Positions 19,996-29,331 of a DNA stretch of 64,000 nucleotides are shown in pieces (position 1 is the first letter of the stretch; the number at the start of each line of letters is the position of its first letter). This stretch comes from Candidatus Bathyarchaeia archaeon (GTDB lineage Archaea > Thermoproteota > CALKCG01 > B24), in contig JAVZJD010000002.1 of assembly GCA_038870975.1 (NCBI GenBank), positions 96,001 through 160,000 on the forward strand, in the 5' to 3' direction. The position numbers and the translations under genes are program-made. The notes under the pieces were generated by a model, which was not told the DNA's origin, did not search any database, and saw only the letters and a program-made list of their open reading frames with translations.

Positions 19996-21033
19996 TTAAG
20001 CTAGGAACCGTAGTTTTTCATATTCCACTACGTTTAACGGCTTTTCACCTGAGAAGAACCTCTTAAAATCTTCTACTATCGTACCGAAGAGCATACTCTT
20101 CCTCTCATCGGAAGGACCTGCTATATGCGGCGTGAGGAAGACGCTGTCAAGCTCGTACAGAGGGCTACTCGACGGTAAGGGTTCCTCCTCAAACCTATCT
20201 AAGGCTGCTCCAGCTATCCACTTCTCCTTTAAAGCTTTAGCTAAAGCGTTTTCATCGATTAGAGGACCAGCGGTGTTTATTAGGAAGGCCGTTGGCTTCA
20301 TAATTCTAAGCTGCTTCTCACCCAGCATACGATGTGTTTCAGGTGTTGAAGCGGCATGTAGACTCACTATGTCTGAAGACGATAGTAGCCCTTCTAGGCT
20401 GGATCTTTCAACCCCATACTTCTCTAAATCTTCATCTGAAACATAGGGGTCGTATACGAGTATTCTCACGTTGAAGGGTTTAAGAAGTTTAACGAGTTCA
20501 CGGGCTACAGCTCCAAAACCTATTAAACCCACCGTTCTACCTCTAAGGTCGTAGGTTTTACGCTTAGCCTCCAGCCTCCAGTTTTTCGTACGCATGGCAT
20601 CAATGTAGTATGGTATGGCTCTAAGGCAATTAAGCATCATTGCAAGTGTAAACTCAGCCACGGATAATGCTATCGTGGAAGCCGCGTTTACGACAACAAT
20701 CCCCCTTCTGAAAACCTCCTCAGTTACATACGGTTTTACACTTCCAGCGGCATGTCCTATTATCTTAAGCCTATCAGCGTTCGCTAAAACCCTCTCCGTG
20801 AACCTTGGAGAACCCCAACAGGTTATACATCCATCCACACTTTTCACGAGCTCGACAAGCTCATCTTCGGTCAAATTCCTATCATAAGGGTTGAATAAGA
20901 CGTCGGCAAAGCCCTTAAGCTTCAGCTCATCTTCAACTCTGGAAACCTGTTTGTACAAGCTCCGCGGTATTGTGACGAGTACTTTAACACTTTTATCGGA
21001 TGAGCTTGACATACTCATATGAAATATGTCCAT
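19996..21033 (-). CDS. D-isomer-specific 2-hydroxyacid dehydrogenase
   Basis: GLIGFGAVA Rossmann motif, INTA, EEP, TPHIAG. Confidence 0.9.
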   Translation of the reverse strand: MDIFHMSMSSSSDKSVKVLVTIPRSLYKQVSRVEDELKLKGFADVLFNPYDRNLTEDELVELVKSVDGCITCWGSPRFTERVLANADRLKIIGHAAGSVKPYVTEEVFRRGIVVVNAASTIALSVAEFTLAMMLNCLRAIPYYIDAMRTKNWRLEAKRKTYDLRGRTVGLIGFGAVARELVKLLKPFNVRILVYDPYVSDEDLEKYGVERSSLEGLLSSSDIVSLHAASTPETHRMLGEKQLRIMKPTAFLINTAGPLIDENALAKALKEKWIAGAALDRFEEEPLPSSSPLYELDSVFLTPHIAGPSDERKSMLFGTIVEDFKRFFSGEKPLNVVEYEKLRFLA

Positions 21034-21132
21034 TAATCATCCTCTTAAAACTATTCAACGTAAGCTCTACCAGTAGACGATGTTGATCATGGTTTTCTAA
21101 ATACAGTGGAACAGTCTATTCCAATATTATTG

Positions 21133-21474
21133 CTAAACGGATAGTCCTCTTGTAGGCGGTGGTTTTGCCTCATCCGGTGTGATGATTCTTCCGAAAACTT
21201 TCTCATATTCTGATACGTGTTGAGTCAGCCACTTGGCAAGGCTTTTAGCTTGAACAGGGTCTATAATCAATCTACATTGAAGTACCCGACGTACACGGAT
21301 CTTAGAGGGCTCTGGTCTAAGCGTTGCTAATGCATCTTCTGAAATCATTTCTTCACTGTATATGATAGCTTCGAAGAACCCGGGTCTATGTCCACCAATC
21401 ACTCCATTTACAATGATAGTGCGGTAGTTCGGGTCCTTCACAATTTCAACCTTTTGCTCCTCCTGCTCAGACAT
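21133..21474 (-). CDS. Hypothetical protein (DUF3467-like)
   Basis: YRTIIVNG..GG ... AK.LA.WL...V.EYEK.FG.I pattern. Confidence 0.6.
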   Translation of the reverse strand: MSEQEEQKVEIVKDPNYRTIIVNGVIGGHRPGFFEAIIYSEEMISEDALATLRPEPSKIRVRRVLQCRLIIDPVQAKSLAKWLTQHVSEYEKVFGRIITPDEAKPPPTRGLSV

Positions 21475-21633
21475 TTAGGGTCGTTAAATCATTGCGCTAT
21501 ATTTGTTTAAATTGTTAACTGTCATCTGATAACCGCGTGAAACTGTTGCTCTATTTTCCATGCTATAAAACTTTGAAATAAACCGCTTTAAAATTAGTCG
21601 AAAAGCTTATTAGCTAGTTTCCTAATTAACTAA

Positions 21634-22299
21634 TTGAAGGTGACTAAAATGTCTAGGAATAAGATCAGAGAATATGCTGGTTTAAGTAGGTATGGGATGT
21701 GGGGATCCGGTGAGTTTGGAGATATCCCCGGAAGACCTAATCCTTATACGGTGTTATCTGATGAAACGAGGCTTGCTATAACTGTGCTACTTTGTTTAAA
21801 GGGACCGTTGACGGCTAAGCAGATAGCCGATGAATTAGAGCTGGCTCAGAGTACTGTTTTAGACCATATCAATAAGTTAAAGGAAGCAATGGTAATTAAA
21901 GAAGTTGAAGTTTCAGAGAAGAAGTATAAACGTGAAAAATACTATGATATAGACATAGTGCCATATTTTACAGACGAAAGAGAAGAGATCTATAAGAGGA
22001 TAAGTAAGTATGCTGATATACTTAAGCAAACAACGTTAATAGTTTTCGAGAAGTGTCTAAATGAAATATCTGAGTTTCTTGATACTACTCTAATGGCAAA
22101 GCATGGAATGACGATTGAGAAAGACGAAGTGAAGTTTCTTATCTTCTCTGAACTTATGAGAATCGTGCAAGATTACTTCTCTGAGAAAGGTGTCTTCAAG
22201 GATTCGCTTCAAACCGTCAAAAGATACTACCTTTACATACCACTTCAAAGAGTAAATATTCGAAGAGATGAGAAAGCTCTAAGAGATAAGCCGCAGTAA
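21634..22299 (+). CDS. ArsR-family winged-helix transcriptional regulator
   Basis: LSDETRLAI...TAKQIADELELAQSTVLDHINKL. Confidence 0.85.
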   Translation: MKVTKMSRNKIREYAGLSRYGMWGSGEFGDIPGRPNPYTVLSDETRLAITVLLCLKGPLTAKQIADELELAQSTVLDHINKLKEAMVIKEVEVSEKKYKREKYYDIDIVPYFTDEREEIYKRISKYADILKQTTLIVFEKCLNEISEFLDTTLMAKHGMTIEKDEVKFLIFSELMRIVQDYFSEKGVFKDSLQTVKRYYLYIPLQRVNIRRDEKALRDKPQ

Positions 22300-22544
22300 T
22301 CTTCAATAGAGCTAGTATGCTGGATAGAAACGGTCTTCACAAGTCAAAAGTATCGGGGTAAGGGTTTTGCCACGTCTGTAGTTTCAAAAACCGTGGAGAA
22401 CGCCTTTAAACGTTACAACGTAGAATATGTAGGGTTAGGAGTACGTAGCGACAATACTTCTGCAAAACGTGTCTATGAAAAGATAGGTTTAAGAAGCATA
22501 GGGATAGATGCTGGCTGAACATGAACTTAGAATTTATCCCATGA
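22300..22544 (+). pseudogene. GNAT acetyltransferase C-terminal fragment
   Basis: WIETVFTSQKYRGKGFATSVV...LGVRSDNTSAKRVYEKIG (motifs A and B); in frame after the ArsR TAA stop; frameshifted near its end. Confidence 0.75.
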
Positions 22545-22657
22545 CCTGAATTTCTTCTACGGAGGGTTTTCAACCGTAGCTACTCTTCAATGTTTGCCGA
22601 TAGATTTACACACCTTTAATAATTAGATATAAATACGTGGTAAATTCATAAAGACAG

Positions 22658-23962
22658 ATGAATATGTCAATGACATATGTTGGCGATGATGTTACTAAAG
22701 TACGCGTAAGTAAATGGATGGCTAAGTTGGGGTGGCTTCAAATCCCTAAGGAGATTAGACGTGAGTCTGGTCTTGTAAAGGTGAGAATTGGTGGGGATGT
22801 TTACGAGGGTAGGCTTGACAACCGTGGGAGGCTTTTCTGTAAACGGTTTAAGGGTTTTCTAAGAGAGGGCTTAATCGTCGAAGTAAAACTCCATGAAGAG
22901 GGTTATGATGTTTCCCCAGCTTCAGAGCAGGCTGTTCAAGAAACTCAAGCATCCAAGGAATCGGCAGTCGTTGAACAGATTAAAGTTGAGGAGAAACACT
23001 ATTTGAAATGTCCGTCCTGTTACAAGGTTTTATATTTGACAGACTCTGAGTTCAATAAGCATCTTGACGAGTGTAAGAGAGAGAAATACGAAAATGCTAA
23101 GGAGTTGTTGGAGAAGCTTAAGACTGAGAAGGGCTTTAGAGAAGGTTCTAAGATTTTCTTAAGAGAGCATGGAGAGCTTGTAGAGGTTTCAGAGCAGGAA
23201 GCCATTGAGTACATTATACGTGAGAATAACATACATCGTTTGGTTATTGAAAATCCGCCGTTTCCAGTGCTTAAGATGGAAATCGACGCCAAACTCTTCA
23301 TGGATTTTCTAAAGCTTGTAAATGAGTTTGGCGATGAAGTTGCCTTCAAAGCAACGTATAGTGGTTTAAGCGTTAGAATGATGAATCCATCTCACGTAAT
23401 GCTCATCGATGCAACGATACCTATACAGATTATGGATAAGTATGAGTTGACGGATGAGTTTAACATCGCCTTAAATATTGAAGAGGTGTTGAAAAGCTTT
23501 AAACCTAGGAAGGGGGACAAGTTGACGCTTACCGCTGGTAGATTGGAACGCGTCAAAATATCATGTGGTAACGTAGCCAGGAAGTTTGAGCAACCTGACA
23601 TCCAATTGGATGAATTGCCTCCGTTAAAAGTGGATTTTGCAGCGTCCTTCACGGCGCCTGCAAATGAAATCTACAGGATAATGTCGAGTCTTGCCGATGA
23701 ATACACCATAAAGATATCCGTCGACGATTCCGTGTGGTTTAAGGGGAGAAACGGTGAAGGAGTATTAGATTCCCGGGGGTTGCTGGATAAAAGTGGTCGT
23801 GCTGAAGGTAGTTATAGTATAAGCTACCTCCTAGACGTATTCAAGCATATTAGAAACGTAGCTAGAATAGTTAAAGTAGAGTTTGCGGAGAATAAACCTA
23901 TGCGTATAACCGCTATGGAACCCGTTAATGTAACAGTTTACATAGCTCCATACGTTGAATGA
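22658..23962 (+). CDS. PCNA (sliding clamp) paralogue with ~200-aa N-terminal extension (AbrB-like domain + C2HC zinc finger)
   Basis: aa ~204-434: DEVAFK...GLSVRMMNPSHVMLID, YSISYL, EFAENKPM, YIAP = PCNA; aa 118-139 CPSC-x13-HLDEC. Confidence 0.85.
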   Translation: MNMSMTYVGDDVTKVRVSKWMAKLGWLQIPKEIRRESGLVKVRIGGDVYEGRLDNRGRLFCKRFKGFLREGLIVEVKLHEEGYDVSPASEQAVQETQASKESAVVEQIKVEEKHYLKCPSCYKVLYLTDSEFNKHLDECKREKYENAKELLEKLKTEKGFREGSKIFLREHGELVEVSEQEAIEYIIRENNIHRLVIENPPFPVLKMEIDAKLFMDFLKLVNEFGDEVAFKATYSGLSVRMMNPSHVMLIDATIPIQIMDKYELTDEFNIALNIEEVLKSFKPRKGDKLTLTAGRLERVKISCGNVARKFEQPDIQLDELPPLKVDFAASFTAPANEIYRIMSSLADEYTIKISVDDSVWFKGRNGEGVLDSRGLLDKSGRAEGSYSISYLLDVFKHIRNVARIVKVEFAENKPMRITAMEPVNVTVYIAPYVE

Positions 23963-23966
23963 CTTT

Positions 23967-26591
23967 CTACTCTACGATTTTAGATACCCCATTTATCTTA
24001 TCCACTTGATAAAGTGTGTCTGCTACTTCCTCCAGCTCTCTATCGTGTGTAATTATCACCATTTGAGGCACTACCGCCCCCTCTCTGAAGAAGCTTTTAA
24101 CAACTTCCACAAGCTCCCTCCTCCTCTCCTCATCTAAATGTATCGTAGGCTCATCCATTATGATCGTTGAAAGCATTCCTGCAAGAGCTTTAGCTATAGC
24201 CAATCTTAAAGCTATTGCGATGGCAACCTTCTCACCGCCGCTGAGTAATGAGAGAGGCGTAGTTTCACCACCTCTCATAACGGTAACCTCTAAATCCTCA
24301 TCGACTGCTATCCCTGTTACGTCGAGGTTGAAACGTTCAACGTATCTAGTTGCGAGTTCAGATATGTAGGGGGTAAGCCTCTGCCTCAGCATCCTCTGAA
24401 CACCGTCTTTTGAAAATGCTCCTCTAATCTTCTCTAGTTTGGATTTAAAGTCTTCGATTTTATCGCATTTAGCTTTAAGATAAGATATTTCACTCTCAAG
24501 CCGTTTAATCTCAACCTCAAAACTAGCCCGTTTTCTCTCCTCATCATTGAGTTGTGTCTCTAAGTTTTCAAGCTTCGCTCTGCATTTTACCAGCTCCTTC
24601 TGGAGAGAATCGAATACTCTCTTAACTTCTTCATGCCTCTTAGAATCATAACCCAAGTTGTTAATAGACTCTTCAAGCCTCTTCCCCTCCTCTTCAAGCT
24701 TGAGCTTCCTACTGACGTTTTCCTCGAAGATCTTGGCTTTCTCCTCGTATTTATCGGCTATCGGTTTAAGCCTATCAAACCTCTCCTTCTTGCTTCGAAG
24801 AGCCTTTAGCTCCCCCTCAGGGTCCCTCGGTTTATAGCCGAGGCCTCTAATAAGCTCATCAGCTTCTCTTTGAATTTGAACTAAAGCCTCCTCCACCTTG
24901 GAAAGCCTTTCTCCAATTTCTCCACGCAGTTTATCAATCTTCCTAAGGATAATGTTTACTTCACGGGTCTTCTCCGCTAAGCTCCTTCTACCTGTTTCCA
25001 ATTCTCTAGATAGCTTCTCAATGTTATCTACGTCTGCAGACAGTTTGAGTAGGGCATCTATACTTCTCCTAATATCTTCTCTTAAGATTTCCAGTTTCCT
25101 CCTCTCCTCTACAGCGTAAGTACGTCTACTCTTTAAAGAATCCAATTCTTCGAGTATTTCCCGTTTAGCCTGCTCCCTATGCTGAGGGGTCAATCTAGTC
25201 CTACAGAGGGGGCATATGTCAAACTTATCTAGACTATTGAAGTCTTGAGTTAACTTATTGATTCTACCATCGATCCAACCGATTTCACCATCTTTCTCTT
25301 TAATAGACTCTTCAATCTTCCTATTTTTCTCCTCAAATTCCGCCAGCTTTTCATTTAATACCTGCTTAGACGGCTTAGGTAGAAGTCTTTCAGCTTTCTT
25401 CAATAGATTAGATAACTCATCCTCTTTCGCTTTCAATTCTGTAGCTAAATTTTCAACATCTGAAACGGCTTTAGCCGCTCTACTATTTAGAGCTATAGGG
25501 TCATCTGGCAGATCAACACTCGCTAAATCTGTTCCAGTTTTAGATGCGTAGTTGAATTCCGTGATTTTTCTAAGGCTTTCTTTTATCCAGCCTTCAGCTT
25601 CATCCATCAGTATCAATTTATCCCTTAGGTCGCCTTCTTCTCTACCATACTCCTGGAGGTCTCTAACGACTTTTACATAGCCCTCTAAAAGGTTAATATT
25701 TCCAATTTCAGGTTCTAGTTTTTCAACCTCCTCTCTAGCTTTCTTACATTCTTCGAGTTCTTTTACGATTTCTACAAGTCTTTCCTCTACATTACTTAAA
25801 TCTCGGTGAACAATATCGTACTCCTTCTTCAGGTTGTTGTAGATCTGCTCTTTCTCATCTAAGGATTGTTTTTCCCCGCTGATTAATTCGTATTCTTTCT
25901 CGAGTTTTTCAACTCCCTCCTTTAAAACACCTATCTCTCTCTTCAACTCTTCCACGGTTTTAACGCACTCGTCGTAGTTACGCTTCTTCTCCTCCAACCG
26001 CGCGCTCCTATCACGAACCTCTTTCTCAATGTCGCTCTTCAACTTCTCCACATGGTTGATTATTTCACGCATATTTTCCCATGCTCTTTCAAAAGCATCG
26101 ATACCGATCATCCTACCTATTAGTTTCTTCCTTTCAGCCGGCATGGCTTCAACAAGGCTTGTAATTTCACCCTGACGGATGAATATCGAGTTTAACAGCG
26201 TCTTACTATCCAGTTCAAGCAACTTTAAAACCTCCTGTCTTACTTGTTTTGCTGAACGGGCGATATAGCCTAAATCGCTTCTTCTAAGCGAGGCATCTAC
26301 GCGTCCACCCCTCGTCCTAGTCCACTGCACTAAGTACTCTCTATTGTCGGCTTCAAAGACAAGGGCGATCTCAGCTTCATTCGCTCCTCTTCTTATCAAG
26401 TCGTCAACGTTCTCCCCCCTGGTTTTTACGTCTTTTTCAAATCCGAGAAATGCGTGTATCACAGCATCCATGATTGCCGTTTTTCCAGCTCCATTAGGTC
26501 CCACTATGGCAGTTACACCTAGGGGAAAGTCTAACTCAGTGTTTTCATGGGATAGGAAATTTTTCAGTTTGAGCCTTTTTAATACGATCAT
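23967..26591 (-). CDS. rad50: DNA double-strand break repair ATPase Rad50
   Basis: GPNGAGKT Walker A, CPLC zinc hook within coiled coil, LSGGE signature, MDEPT, ITHD. Confidence 0.95.
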   Translation of the reverse strand: MIVLKRLKLKNFLSHENTELDFPLGVTAIVGPNGAGKTAIMDAVIHAFLGFEKDVKTRGENVDDLIRRGANEAEIALVFEADNREYLVQWTRTRGGRVDASLRRSDLGYIARSAKQVRQEVLKLLELDSKTLLNSIFIRQGEITSLVEAMPAERKKLIGRMIGIDAFERAWENMREIINHVEKLKSDIEKEVRDRSARLEEKKRNYDECVKTVEELKREIGVLKEGVEKLEKEYELISGEKQSLDEKEQIYNNLKKEYDIVHRDLSNVEERLVEIVKELEECKKAREEVEKLEPEIGNINLLEGYVKVVRDLQEYGREEGDLRDKLILMDEAEGWIKESLRKITEFNYASKTGTDLASVDLPDDPIALNSRAAKAVSDVENLATELKAKEDELSNLLKKAERLLPKPSKQVLNEKLAEFEEKNRKIEESIKEKDGEIGWIDGRINKLTQDFNSLDKFDICPLCRTRLTPQHREQAKREILEELDSLKSRRTYAVEERRKLEILREDIRRSIDALLKLSADVDNIEKLSRELETGRRSLAEKTREVNIILRKIDKLRGEIGERLSKVEEALVQIQREADELIRGLGYKPRDPEGELKALRSKKERFDRLKPIADKYEEKAKIFEENVSRKLKLEEEGKRLEESINNLGYDSKRHEEVKRVFDSLQKELVKCRAKLENLETQLNDEERKRASFEVEIKRLESEISYLKAKCDKIEDFKSKLEKIRGAFSKDGVQRMLRQRLTPYISELATRYVERFNLDVTGIAVDEDLEVTVMRGGETTPLSLLSGGEKVAIAIALRLAIAKALAGMLSTIIMDEPTIHLDEERRRELVEVVKSFFREGAVVPQMVIITHDRELEEVADTLYQVDKINGVSKIVE

Positions 26592-27742
26592 GCTTCCACA
26601 CCCTCTATGGATTCTTCAACTATTTTCTTAGCTTGGTCTACTTCATCTTTCGATAAATACTCGTAGAGTTTCCACGCCAGATCCACGTACTTACCATCGT
26701 CTAACTTCTGAGCGTGTAAATATTCGCCTATAAGCCTCCTCCTTAAATCTGTGGTGTCTTCTTCGTGAAGTCTTACCATTTGTACTTGCTGAACGGTTGT
26801 TAAGTCTTTAAAGAATACATTGTACTTCAACGTTCTATTTTTAAGTAGAGCATTGAGGCTGTTTAGAATCTGCCTAGTGTTTATATTTCTACCGCTCACG
26901 TATATGTGAAGTATGGGCATCTTCCCCCGAGCCAGATTTAAGTACTTAAACAGGGATTCTTGAAGGCTCTCCCTGGCTAAATCCAACTCGACTTCATACT
27001 GAGGTCTAACATCGAGGTCTATCTTATGTACCCTCGGGTCTTCTCCATCAAAATCTACTATGTAGAATCCTCTTCCGTCTTTAACCCACGATTTTACCTC
27101 ATCCCTCCTCATAATCTCTATCGCACCTGCGTATGCAAAGTATCCCTTCTCAAACTTCGCCAAAGCCCTTGAATGTATGTGTCCGAAGGCATAGTAGGAT
27201 GCTTTCTTAGGTAGATCGGCCTCTTTAAGCTCATATGCTCCTTCGAAGGGTAGGTATTTATCCACTCCCTGATGTGCTACGAGTATCCTCTTAGAGTAGC
27301 TGTCAGCCACTTGGTCGAATTTCTGGAGCTCCGTTTTAAGCAGTTCTACGCTTCTCCCACGGAGATTAGAAATCCCTGCGATTAATACTCCATCTACTTC
27401 TAACCACTCTAATTCCCCTACTCCTAAAACTTTAACTTCTTCAAATAGACTGTGCGGAGGTAGTCCACGCCTCTTTGGGAAATCATGGTCTCCGAGAACC
27501 GTTATGAGCTTCACTCTACCCTGGAGCTTCCTTAAATTCTCCTTGAAGTTTTTTAAAGCTTTTATCGGAGGAGTGGGGGAGTCGAAGAGGTCTCCAGAGT
27601 GTATGAGAACGTCAACACGCTCCTCAAGAATTCTCTCAACTACCTCGTTAAACACGTCGTATATGTCGTTTTCCCTTTCATCTAAGTTGTACTGTCTTCT
27701 TCCAAGATGTGTATCTGATACATGTGCAATCCTCAAAATCAA
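26588..27742 (-). CDS. mre11: DNA double-strand break repair nuclease Mre11
   Basis: SDTHLG, GDLFD, GDHD, FGHIH phosphoesterase motifs; overlaps rad50. Confidence 0.93.
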   Translation of the reverse strand: MILRIAHVSDTHLGRRQYNLDERENDIYDVFNEVVERILEERVDVLIHSGDLFDSPTPPIKALKNFKENLRKLQGRVKLITVLGDHDFPKRRGLPPHSLFEEVKVLGVGELEWLEVDGVLIAGISNLRGRSVELLKTELQKFDQVADSYSKRILVAHQGVDKYLPFEGAYELKEADLPKKASYYAFGHIHSRALAKFEKGYFAYAGAIEIMRRDEVKSWVKDGRGFYIVDFDGEDPRVHKIDLDVRPQYEVELDLARESLQESLFKYLNLARGKMPILHIYVSGRNINTRQILNSLNALLKNRTLKYNVFFKDLTTVQQVQMVRLHEEDTTDLRRRLIGEYLHAQKLDDGKYVDLAWKLYEYLSKDEVDQAKKIVEESIEGVEA

Positions 27743-29331
27743 ACACCCTCAACGATACTTTTTATCAGCCTCCTCTCCCTATTCACTTTTTCAACTAGGG
27801 AGGTACTTTCATTTTCAGCCTCCTTAACAGCCATCTTAAGCCTACCGATTATATCGATGTCGGCACCACCTTCCACTGTTTCTCTAGTTCTAACCCTCAC
27901 CATGACAGGTGCCTTAGTGACTTCACCCACTACGATGGCCTCTCCTACGTTGAGCCCTGGGAGGTCTTTCAAAAGGTCTTCACTCATCCTTTCGGAGCTT
28001 TTTCTAACTGCGTCTTGATCTTCCGGATTTGTCATCCTGAGAATTATCTGACTGTTGCATTGGCTTAAAACGTCGGGGTCTATCTTATGCGGTCTTTGAG
28101 TGATCACCGTTAGAAAGAGGCCAAACTTCCTACCTTCAGCTGCGACCTTCTTTATGACGTTCTTCGATAAGGTCTTCTCTCTGTTGGGTATGAATCTATG
28201 TGCTTCCTCGATGAAGAGGAAAACTGGGTAGCTGTACTTTTGAGCTCTTACCACTTCGAAAGCATCGTTGAGGATTCTAAACGCCATGTAATCTGCGACT
28301 TCATCATCAAGGCCTGAAAGGTCAACCACCGATATATGTTGAGGCTTAAGCAGTCTATAGATGTCAGTAGTAACATCTCCGAAAACTCTTATCCTCTGTA
28401 GTCTTCTCACGTACTTTAAAGCGGCTAGAGAATGTTGATCTCCAGCCTTCTCAAGCCTATTTATGAGGTCGTCTAGTCTATAGTCTCCCTCTTCCTTGAG
28501 TTTGCCGAGCACTTTCCCGATGGCGTTAACTATATTGGTCCACGACTCGCTTATTCCGCAAACCGTTGTAATTTCATCTATTGATAGGTCTGAAAACTTT
28601 ACCTCATAAGTCTCTACTCTACCTATCTGCTCCTCACCATACCTTCCTATGCTTTCACGCGTTCTAAACACTGTGATTCTACTGGAGAATATTCCCCCTG
28701 CTCTCTTACGGGATATGAATACGTAATCTGCATGTGGATCTAAGACTATAATCGTCGCACCTTTTTTAAGCAGCTCTTCAAGTAAAACACCAGCTGCGTA
28801 GCTTTTACCAGCTCCAGTCTGTGCAAGTATGGCTAAATGTCTTCTAAAGCCCCTTATTGAGATGCTTACAGGGACATCGGACCTAGTTATCAAGTAGCCT
28901 ATATGTAGTCCTTCCTCAGGCGGGTAAGAGTAGAATTCGCTTAAAAGGTTTGAAGGGGCTCTATATACTACATTACCTGGGTGAATCGCCCTCCTAGGCT
29001 GTAAAACCTCTCCTTTCAATGCAAACCCGAGGACTCTCGCTTTAGCTATAAGCCTCCTATCTACGAGTTGAGCTTTTATCAGCCTCTCAGCAGCCTCAAG
29101 ATTGGGTTTGTTTTCAAGGTCTAAGGCTAAGCTTAACGACGTTATCTCGTATATTTGCGCTATTATCGGAACTTCGAATTCAAACCCATCGACAACCTCC
29201 CTAGATTTTACAACTACGTACTCCCATCTAGGTGGATGTTTATCCTCATCCGCTATGAAGTAGAATTGGGATGGACTTGCCTCTCCAATCACATAGCCTA
29301 AACGCTCCAACTGCTCATGGGAATCTGACAC
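27739..29331 (-). CDS. herA: HerA helicase/ATPase
   Basis: HAS barrel, HLAILAQTGAGKS, DPHADY, IEEAH, EGRKFG, TQRP. Confidence 0.93.
   Translation of the reverse strand: MSDSHEQLERLGYVIGEASPSQFYFIADEDKHPPRWEYVVVKSREVVDGFEFEVPIIAQIYEITSLSLALDLENKPNLEAAERLIKAQLVDRRLIAKARVLGFALKGEVLQPRRAIHPGNVVYRAPSNLLSEFYSYPPEEGLHIGYLITRSDVPVSISIRGFRRHLAILAQTGAGKSYAAGVLLEELLKKGATIIVLDPHADYVFISRKRAGGIFSSRITVFRTRESIGRYGEEQIGRVETYEVKFSDLSIDEITTVCGISESWTNIVNAIGKVLGKLKEEGDYRLDDLINRLEKAGDQHSLAALKYVRRLQRIRVFGDVTTDIYRLLKPQHISVVDLSGLDDEVADYMAFRILNDAFEVVRAQKYSYPVFLFIEEAHRFIPNREKTLSKNVIKKVAAEGRKFGLFLTVITQRPHKIDPDVLSQCNSQIILRMTNPEDQDAVRKSSERMSEDLLKDLPGLNVGEAIVVGEVTKAPVMVRVRTRETVEGGADIDIIGRLKMAVKEAENESTSLVEKVNRERRLIKSIVEGV

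Noticed and set aside
22297-22299. Programmed readthrough (Sec/Pyl) joining ArsR and GNAT
   Set aside because: The stop is TAA, and the GNAT part is incomplete and frameshifted
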